Position numbers and translations under genes: made by a program. Shown piece by piece: positions 57,551 to 64,000 of a stretch of 64,000 nucleotides of DNA. The notes beneath the pieces were generated by a model. It saw only the letters and a list, made by a program, of their open reading frames with translations, searched no databases and was not told the origin of the DNA. Numbering within the stretch: position 1 is the first letter of the stretch; each line of letters starts with the position of its first letter. The stretch is from sequence record OR496884.1; one strand, given 5' to 3'.

Positions 57551-58648
57551 ATGAACCAATTTCTTTTATCTGTTGGTGGAGGAACTAAACCTAACCTTCC
57601 TTTATTTGGTAAGATGAACAATTTACGTGCCATACATAAAAGAAATGTAGAAAGGTTTAAATCTTTTTATGGCATGGGTAATCGCGTACTACCAAATCAG
57701 CACCCACTTGTGCAGTTTCTCTTACAACTCTCCATTGATCCAAAATGGACACCAAATGAGTTGTACGATAATATTGTTATGAGCAGTAAAAAAATAGCAA
57801 GTAATGTTGGAATCACTTCTCTTTATAATCGTGGAAAGAATCACTCCCTTTCTCTTTATCCTGAAGAAAACCATCACACGTTACTTGTCATGCCATTTGA
57901 TAAAGATTTAAATGGTAAATGGGAACCGGATAATGAAGGAACCGTAAGAACTAATACAACAGCCGCTCTAACACCTTTAATGACAACCAGTAAAACGCAT
58001 TACTGGAACATTGACCATTTGATTGATGGGGTTGTTAGGAAAGCTCCTGAAGACGTATACAGCGTTTTAGAGCTAGATCCATTTGCATTAGCGTTTGGGT
58101 TTTATTGGTATTTAAAAGAACGTATAAAAAATAACATTAATGTAGGACTAACACCTCACCATTATGTTATATTGGTTTTAATGGAAGCTTACATTGCTCA
58201 TAATAATTTAACTGTTCTTAATTTGATTACTGATAATGAAAATGTTGTTGTTCAATCAAGTGGGTTTGCAATGGAGTCATATAACCATTTGCAAAATGAG
58301 CACACTGGCTGGGCTAGAACAACTTTATTATCAGAACGGATTAAGACGTCAGGTGAGTGGGTTAGCCTTTGCGGAAATTGTTTCTACGATATAGATAATC
58401 GTAAATCTGTTTTCTCTCAAAGATCTGATAGTGTCATGTTTGTTCAATTAGGTTGGGTGTATACACTTTGTTCTTTATATTGGGCAAGTTCTTATTTGTT
58501 CTTTATGGATTTCATGGGTTCTTTTGATCCAATGGTAACAAGTAAGTTAAAAACGTTTTATAAAATTCCAATGAACTTTAATACTAACCAAATTAAAGAT
58601 CCTTACTGGAATAGCTTTTATATTAACGTTTGGAAAAACTTAAATTAA
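57551..58648 (+). CDS. Conserved core hypothetical protein between DNA polymerase and chimallin
   Basis: ATG 57551 with AAGGA RBS; characteristic opposite-strand position. Confidence 0.7.
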   Translation: MNQFLLSVGGGTKPNLPLFGKMNNLRAIHKRNVERFKSFYGMGNRVLPNQHPLVQFLLQLSIDPKWTPNELYDNIVMSSKKIASNVGITSLYNRGKNHSLSLYPEENHHTLLVMPFDKDLNGKWEPDNEGTVRTNTTAALTPLMTTSKTHYWNIDHLIDGVVRKAPEDVYSVLELDPFALAFGFYWYLKERIKNNINVGLTPHHYVILVLMEAYIAHNNLTVLNLITDNENVVVQSSGFAMESYNHLQNEHTGWARTTLLSERIKTSGEWVSLCGNCFYDIDNRKSVFSQRSDSVMFVQLGWVYTLCSLYWASSYLFFMDFMGSFDPMVTSKLKTFYKIPMNFNTNQIKDPYWNSFYINVWKNLN

Positions 58649-58663
58649 CGATAACATAATAGT

Positions 58664-58694
58664 TCCCCCTGACTCCACTGTGGAGTCAGGGGGA
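58664..58694. terminator. Bidirectional terminator between convergent genes
   Basis: 14-bp stem tccccctgactcca/tggagtcaggggga. Confidence 0.8.
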
Positions 58695-58720
58695 GATGTA
58701 ACGTTAGTTACAAAACATTG

Positions 58721-60790
58721 TTAATGCTCGTCAGAAATTAAACGAGTAATATTATCATTCATGACATAAATACCAGTAGAGTGCAAAACTTCATAAATTG
58801 ATTTACAGTTTTGTTTTATGAGGGTGCGGTAATCAATGGCTTCTTTAAACTCAGTTGGGATGTCTCCAAGATTCTGAAGTATCTCACGTGGAATATAAAG
58901 GTTACTAAGTCCATCTTTTCCTTTCTCAATTAACCAAGTTGTTAATCTCTCTTTAATCTCTGTGTCTTGTATAGATTCAAGCCAAGCTTTTAATTTAGTC
59001 TTTGAACCCATGTCCACAGACATTTTAGCAGCCACATAAGGAAGCTCTGGTGCTGGACCATATTTGTGTGCAAAACACTGTTCCCACATATCGTGATACA
59101 TGTACTTTTCGCTAAACGGACTAGAGTACGCACTGGCGTTTTTAATCGTTTCTCGTGTTAGCCATGACCAAGTACCACTTTTAATTTCATTGATGATTTC
59201 ACGTTCCATTTCACCAATTTCAAAAAGTATGGTAGCGGCGTGTAGTTTTTTCTTTTGCTCAACCGCATTTACAACCGACTCCATAATCTCCTGAGCTTTA
59301 CCTTTTATATTGGCAGCTATCTTAGAAGATTTTAAATGAACGCCTTTGATTTCCATTTCAGGTTCTTTGTTAGCGACGCCTTCTACCATTCGCTGTGAAG
59401 CGTAATAGTGTTTTGACATAAGTGTAGTAACATAACTACCGAAGAAATATTCGTTCTTCATGTTAAGCATTCGAAGATTACGTTTGCTTACATTCATATT
59501 TGCTGAAAGTTGACCATGTTGATCAACAGAAATCATTCGAATAAAATACGTTAACACAGCGTTAAGTCTAACACCTTTTTCATAATCATCAGTATAGTCT
59601 TCAGTCATGGCGTCTACGGTATAAATTGACGAATCTGTATCAGATGTTAATACACAGTCTCGAACAGAATGTATAACGTCAAAAAGACCTGATGGCGGAA
59701 TAGGTGATTTAAAGAATATGTTCATGAAATCAAAATACTTAGATTCCAATTCCATATGGTATTCGTTAAGTTGGTTAACTTGAATCTTTTCTGAATCGGG
59801 CGGGAGCTTGGAAATGGTCAGTACATATTTATCACCATTATCCGGTTTTATCCCTTCCTTTCCTTCAATGACTTTTGGTACTTCAACGTACTCATCAAAA
59901 AACTGATGGATAAACTTTTTATTAAAATTGTACAGTGATACCAAATCAAGAGTATACGCAATTGTTGCTAACTCAACTTCATTTAATGAATCTAGAAACT
60001 TTTTGATGTACTGCATTGTTGTTCTAGATTCCCAGTACCTTCTGGAACATCTTTCAACAATTTTTAACACGTCCTCAGAAGTTGGATAATAGAGTTGATA
60101 TTTCTCCATTACCTTTAATACTTTATCAAAATTTGTTACACTCAATCGTGCAACGATGGACTGCATTGTATTTTCAGGTGTATTATAAAACCTGTTACCT
60201 GCAATAAACTGTTCATTAACAAGGTTAGCTGTAGATGTTAAACAACGGCAAGTGGACGTTAGTGTCGTGTGTCCTGTCTTATTATTAATCGGTGTCCCTT
60301 CTGAAGACATCGCACCTGACTGGGCGTTGTTAAAAATCTTAAATGCGTTTTGAAGTTCATTGTATTTAATATAAAGATCTTTATTACCTTCTGCCTTTGC
60401 ATCTTGGCGTTTGTCTTTATAAAACTTACGATTAGCTAGAAAATCCCTGGTACCAATAGCGTTAACACATTCCTCTTCGTCAGAATGCTTGTATGCAATC
60501 ATGGAAGGAGAGAAATGATAATTCTTTTCTTGAACGTGTTTTAATACGCTTGAAAAAGGAACAACCTTTAGTTCCCTATCTTCATTTTTATTTTTAACAA
60601 GTATTTTTGCACGTTTAGATTTAAAGTCGTCTTTCTTTGCTTTAAAGAATTCAATCAATTCTTTTTTAACTTGATCAAATGGTAAATTTTGAATTTTACT
60701 GACAACAGTTGCATATTGATCAATTGAATGTTTAATTAGATTTCTATTGGTGTCGTACTCATCAGAGACGAACGGACTTGCAGTGGACAT
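58721..60790 (-). CDS. Split family-B DNA polymerase, catalytic subunit (phiKZ gp50-like)
   Basis: Motif B KIFNNAQSG, motif C LTSDTDS, KHY, IKGVHL; ATG 60790 with GAGGG RBS. Confidence 0.9.
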   Translation of the reverse strand: MSTASPFVSDEYDTNRNLIKHSIDQYATVVSKIQNLPFDQVKKELIEFFKAKKDDFKSKRAKILVKNKNEDRELKVVPFSSVLKHVQEKNYHFSPSMIAYKHSDEEECVNAIGTRDFLANRKFYKDKRQDAKAEGNKDLYIKYNELQNAFKIFNNAQSGAMSSEGTPINNKTGHTTLTSTCRCLTSTANLVNEQFIAGNRFYNTPENTMQSIVARLSVTNFDKVLKVMEKYQLYYPTSEDVLKIVERCSRRYWESRTTMQYIKKFLDSLNEVELATIAYTLDLVSLYNFNKKFIHQFFDEYVEVPKVIEGKEGIKPDNGDKYVLTISKLPPDSEKIQVNQLNEYHMELESKYFDFMNIFFKSPIPPSGLFDVIHSVRDCVLTSDTDSSIYTVDAMTEDYTDDYEKGVRLNAVLTYFIRMISVDQHGQLSANMNVSKRNLRMLNMKNEYFFGSYVTTLMSKHYYASQRMVEGVANKEPEMEIKGVHLKSSKIAANIKGKAQEIMESVVNAVEQKKKLHAATILFEIGEMEREIINEIKSGTWSWLTRETIKNASAYSSPFSEKYMYHDMWEQCFAHKYGPAPELPYVAAKMSVDMGSKTKLKAWLESIQDTEIKERLTTWLIEKGKDGLSNLYIPREILQNLGDIPTEFKEAIDYRTLIKQNCKSIYEVLHSTGIYVMNDNITRLISDEH

Positions 60791-60807
60791 AACGTTCCCT
60801 CTAATAG

Positions 60808-60858
60808 AAAAAAAAAATAAGTATCTTACTAGACCTACCAAATGGCGGGTCTAGTAAG
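60808..60858 (-). terminator. Terminator between 60866 ORF and DNA polymerase
   Basis: cttactagacc/ggtctagtaag stem followed by a U10 run on minus strand. Confidence 0.7.
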
Positions 60859-60865
60859 AATAAAC

Positions 60866-61288
60866 TTATTGTTTATCTGTCACTTGAATAGTGAAGGAAA
60901 CGTTCAAGTTAGCAAAGAAATCTTTAACTGGCGCTTCATAACGCTCTTGCCAGTCGCCGATTAAAATTGTGGCAACACGTCCCTTTGTTACTTCAAGTGT
61001 TCCTGGTTGTATCCAAGGTTCTCCAATAACAAGTACTTGGTTAGTATTTGCATCGGGTTTAATGATCAGGTAATCATAAATAGTTGGATCATTAATGTTA
61101 TTGACATTTTCTTTAAACTTGGGATAAAAGTTTTGATGTTTAACGTTCAGTTCTGGATCAATGATACTGGCGGTTTCATAACCCACTACACCTTGAACGA
61201 GTACACTTTTATACTGGGATCCGAAAATCCCAGGTGCAATCATATCAAAGTTTACCATGTCACCTTTTCGTAATTCATTAATTTTCAT
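60866..61288 (-). CDS. Conserved small protein upstream of DNA polymerase (phiKZ gp49-like)
   Basis: 140-aa beta-rich ORF; synteny. Confidence 0.6.
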   Translation of the reverse strand: MKINELRKGDMVNFDMIAPGIFGSQYKSVLVQGVVGYETASIIDPELNVKHQNFYPKFKENVNNINDPTIYDYLIIKPDANTNQVLVIGEPWIQPGTLEVTKGRVATILIGDWQERYEAPVKDFFANLNVSFTIQVTDKQ

Positions 61289-61953
61289 ATCGTCGGTCTC
61301 ACTATTGCAACAAGTGTTGGGAACCTAATCAAATTATCCCCATACTTAACAGTTGGACCTTTGTCGTTTACAACTAACAACTCCCAAACAAGGTTAGGAT
61401 CATTTTCTTCAATATAAAGCATTTCTCTAATTTGTTTTTCAATTAGAATATCTGCTTCATCTTTTACTTCTAAATTCTCATCCCCACCAACCATCTCCAT
61501 GATTTCAAAATCGATATCACTCATCAGACTTTCTATTTCACTGGGTGAAATCATGATTGTGATAGTATCAATTTCTTCTTCATCCAGATATGTACCATAA
61601 AAATCTTTTACAATTTTTAAAGCATAGTACATAGGGTCGGTTTTAGTAAAGGTACTTGATAACCTTTTGGTAAAATCTTCTAATATTTCTACAGCATCTG
61701 GACTATCAAGACCATTTTTAATTAATGACAGTGCATCAATTAAATTATTGATCATGGTCTTATACTTACATGGAACTTCTATCTTTTTGAACTTCCCAAC
61801 ACGACCTAACTTTCTAAACACTTCCGCCAAAATGTTTGTTGTTACTACCGTGTCTTCTAATTGCTTTTCTTTTATAATCGTTTCCAATAACTCTTCATAT
61901 TTAAAATTATCCAAGTGTATCCACATATTTTTGTCGCCGTTATGAACATTCAA
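61285..61953 (-). CDS. Acidic hypothetical protein
   Basis: 222-aa ORF. Confidence 0.7.
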   Translation of the reverse strand: MNVHNGDKNMWIHLDNFKYEELLETIIKEKQLEDTVVTTNILAEVFRKLGRVGKFKKIEVPCKYKTMINNLIDALSLIKNGLDSPDAVEILEDFTKRLSSTFTKTDPMYYALKIVKDFYGTYLDEEEIDTITIMISPSEIESLMSDIDFEIMEMVGGDENLEVKDEADILIEKQIREMLYIEENDPNLVWELLVVNDKGPTVKYGDNLIRFPTLVAIVRPTI

Positions 61954-62266
61954 ATGTTAAAAACAAAACGTTATCGTACATTTGCGACTTACACAGACAA
62001 GTGTTAAAGGTAACGTTAATATGATGACACAAATTTTTCAATTCAAGAAATTTTGCCAATATGGGTGTATCGACTTGTGGGTTACCTGTGGTTAATGAAT
62101 TTGGGTCATCAAGATTGATCGGAAGTGTATGCAAAATTCCGAATGTTTGGATAACCAACCCAACTGCACTTAATGCACTTTCAACAGGAATTCCTGGAAA
62201 CCCTATGTTGAATTTAATAATTTCACTAGGTACATGTGCTTGTGTCATTACTTGCTCCAAAAACAA
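61940..62266 (-). CDS. Small hypothetical protein
   Basis: 108-aa ORF; start may be ATG 62248. Confidence 0.6.
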   Translation of the reverse strand: MFLEQVMTQAHVPSEIIKFNIGFPGIPVESALSAVGLVIQTFGILHTLPINLDDPNSLTTGNPQVDTPILAKFLELKNLCHHINVTFNTCLCKSQMYDNVLFLTFECS

Positions 62267-62534
62267 AAAGAGTATTGTTATTGATTTTTATAAATTCTGT
62301 ACTTGATTGGAAATCAATAACATTAATAATCTCATTTAAATAAACCATTACTTGGGATTTGATTAATGGCGCTGCAATTCCAAATTCATTTGCAAATCTC
62401 AGATTTAATATTTCCATGTTTCTTGTTTGTAAATATTCTTTTACTATTTCAAAGAAACGGATCTGATTCAATTGGTAACGATTCGCAATCTCCCGTAATG
62501 GGAAAAGATTGACAGTCAGACATGAGTTTGTCAT
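62226..62534 (-). CDS. Small hypothetical protein
   Basis: 102 aa, AGGGG RBS inside the upstream gene. Confidence 0.6.
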   Translation of the reverse strand: MTNSCLTVNLFPLREIANRYQLNQIRFFEIVKEYLQTRNMEILNLRFANEFGIAAPLIKSQVMVYLNEIINVIDFQSSTEFIKINNNTLFVFGASNDTSTCT

Positions 62535-62910
62535 GATCGTCCCCTATTTCATATAAAATAAAATTTAGATTATCTTTATATCGACTAAGTCCATACTTTT
62601 TGGATAAATCTAAACCAAGTTGATAAACAAGAAAATCTCTAAATTTTAGGTAAAGGTCATCAAATTCTTCAATTAATACTTCTCGGCTAAACCAAACTTT
62701 AATATCCCCTTCTTTACAAGTCCCTGTCAAAGAAAATACTTTACATGCTCTTATTAGATATGTTTGCAACATTACTGCAATGCCAGGTTTATCTTTTTCT
62801 TTAATTAATTTATTAGCATGTATTTGGTTTTGTTCAATTGCTTCTTCTATGAAATAAAAGAAGCTAGAGAAATTAATTGATTTGACTTCAATCGTCTCTT
62901 TGCAGCTCAT
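62449..62910 (-). CDS. Hypothetical protein
   Basis: 153 aa, GAGG RBS. Confidence 0.65.
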   Translation of the reverse strand: MSCKETIEVKSINFSSFFYFIEEAIEQNQIHANKLIKEKDKPGIAVMLQTYLIRACKVFSLTGTCKEGDIKVWFSREVLIEEFDDLYLKFRDFLVYQLGLDLSKKYGLSRYKDNLNFILYEIGDDHDKLMSDCQSFPITGDCESLPIESDPFL

Positions 62911-63361
62911 TTAGAACCTCGAATGTTGGATTATCTTCAACACACTGACTGATATCGTGATTTTCAACTTTTGGTTTAAAATCTAGAAACGTCATTTCAA
63001 GATCCATGATGATAGTGCAAAGACTTCTCCTTCCACATTTTTTAGTGATCACTTTATACATGAGTCTAGGATCAAAACCTGCTGTATAAAATTGTGTTTT
63101 AATATCGTGAACAAGTTGTTCAATTAATGGACAGAGTTCATAGAACAACGGTTCTTCATTTTGATACTCGGTTATCATTGTGTCGAGTATTGTGTTTATT
63201 TTGTCTTGTTTGTTGTTCAGAATCTGAACTACACAATCAACGGTCAACGTAAAGAAATATTCTAATCGTTCATCTACATTTTGTGCTTGATTTTCAAAAC
63301 CGTAAATCTTGCACAACAAAGCTATACGCATTTTTAAATCATCAGTATCTATCGTGTACAT
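62888..63361 (-). CDS. Acidic hypothetical protein
   Basis: 157-aa ORF. Confidence 0.7.
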   Translation of the reverse strand: MYTIDTDDLKMRIALLCKIYGFENQAQNVDERLEYFFTLTVDCVVQILNNKQDKINTILDTMITEYQNEEPLFYELCPLIEQLVHDIKTQFYTAGFDPRLMYKVITKKCGRRSLCTIIMDLEMTFLDFKPKVENHDISQCVEDNPTFEVLNELQRDD

Positions 63362-63374
63362 GAAGTTTGTCCGA

Positions 63375-63692
63375 TTAGTAAAATGTTAGCTGAAAACGCA
63401 TATGACCTAAATTAACTAACGTTGCGTTATCAGGAATGGGAAGTGTCGCAATTTGATCGTCAACATAATCTTTAACTATTTCATAAACTGCACTATGGCT
63501 AAAAGACAAGTTACGATCAAAAGGACTTGGTGGAAGTGGTATACCGTTATCTAAACAAGCATCTTGAATAACAGAATACGCTAAACTTTCTGGGCATTCA
63601 GAAAGTGTTTTTAAATCTTGGCTGTGACCCGCTAAATTAAAAATAAGTTGCATAAATTTATAGAGAGGTAGAAACCTACCTCTCTTCTCCAT
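63375..63692 (-). CDS. Small hypothetical protein
   Basis: True start probably ATG of MQLIF (~63653), since the track start overlaps a hairpin. Confidence 0.6.
   Translation of the reverse strand: MEKRGRFLPLYKFMQLIFNLAGHSQDLKTLSECPESLAYSVIQDACLDNGIPLPPSPFDRNLSFSHSAVYEIVKDYVDDQIATLPIPDNATLVNLGHMRFQLTFY
63662..63685. terminator. Terminator after phuZ
   Basis: 10-bp stem agagaggtag/ctacctctct. Confidence 0.7.
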
Positions 63693-63703
63693 TAATCTTT
63701 AGA

Positions 63704-64000
63704 TTAAAGGTACATGCCATCCGGAGACGCATCGGAAAGGTCAACTTGTTTTACTTTATGCCGACCTGCAAGTTCGGCTTGTTTGGCTTGTTGTTCTTTG
63801 ATCATCTCCTCAAGCTCTATCAAAGTAGAACCATGATCAAGTACAACGTGCGCTGTTTCGACATACCCTTTAGTTACATCTGTAAACAGACCGGCTTTGC
63901 GATAAAGCAGATTAGTAAACGGAGAACGGATTTGCTCAATGTCGTTATAGATGGACAAGGCGGCAACAGGGATACGTTTGTATTCGGTTACCTTTTCTTC
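63704..64000 (-). CDS. phuZ: PhuZ tubulin, C-terminal fragment (5-prime partial)
   Basis: Frame open to the window edge; ends HVV...QAKQAE...VDLSDASPDGMYL, like the PhuZ tail (QAKF...DVDD...DGMVV); position upstream of DNA polymerase as for phiKZ gp39. Confidence 0.8.
   Translation of the reverse strand, partial: EEKVTEYKRIPVAALSIYNDIEQIRSPFTNLLYRKAGLFTDVTKGYVETAHVVLDHGSTLIELEEMIKEQQAKQAELAGRHKVKQVDLSDASPDGMYL

Noticed and set aside
1-64000. tRNA, rRNA, CRISPR array, IS element or integrase
   Set aside because: No cloverleaf, repeat-spacer array, terminal inverted repeats or recombinase motifs seen by eye; a tRNAscan/CRISPR scan would confirm

Overview
AT-rich, densely coding segment of a nucleus-forming jumbo phage (phiKZ-like, Chimalliviridae), mostly on the minus strand. 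It holds chimallin (55317-57305), the C-terminus of PhuZ tubulin at the right edge, four non-virion RNA polymerase (nvRNAP) subunits, one virion RNAP subunit, both halves of the split family-B DNA polymerase, an SF2 helicase, an SbcD/Mre11 nuclease, probable ChmC and PicA/Imp1 homologues, baseplate genes and a cluster of head proteins with G-x-E protease sites. Highlights not visible in the ORF track: (1) The nvRNAP beta-prime gene is split by two tandem ORF-less group I introns (53477-53795, 53090-53461) around a 15-nt micro-exon (53462-53476) that encodes ADFDG of the catalytic DFDGD motif; P1, P10 and P7 pairings can be read directly. (2) An in-phase U_UUU_UUC slippery site with a downstream hairpin at 27607-27613 would fuse the 536-aa ORF to the next ORF by -1 frameshifting (683 aa), like G/GT tail-assembly chaperones. 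(3) A class 3 (Ala1, W-C-T triad) intein with a LAGLIDADG nuclease splits the helicase Walker A motif. (4) A coupled Tad1-like sponge and Acb1-like 2H phosphoesterase pair. (5) A head protein with a gluzincin HExxH...ExxAD motif. (6) A repeated early-promoter motif ahead of chimallin and nvRNAP genes. phiKZ gene numbers are recalled from synteny and motifs, not from a database search. No tRNA, rRNA or CRISPR array was seen.
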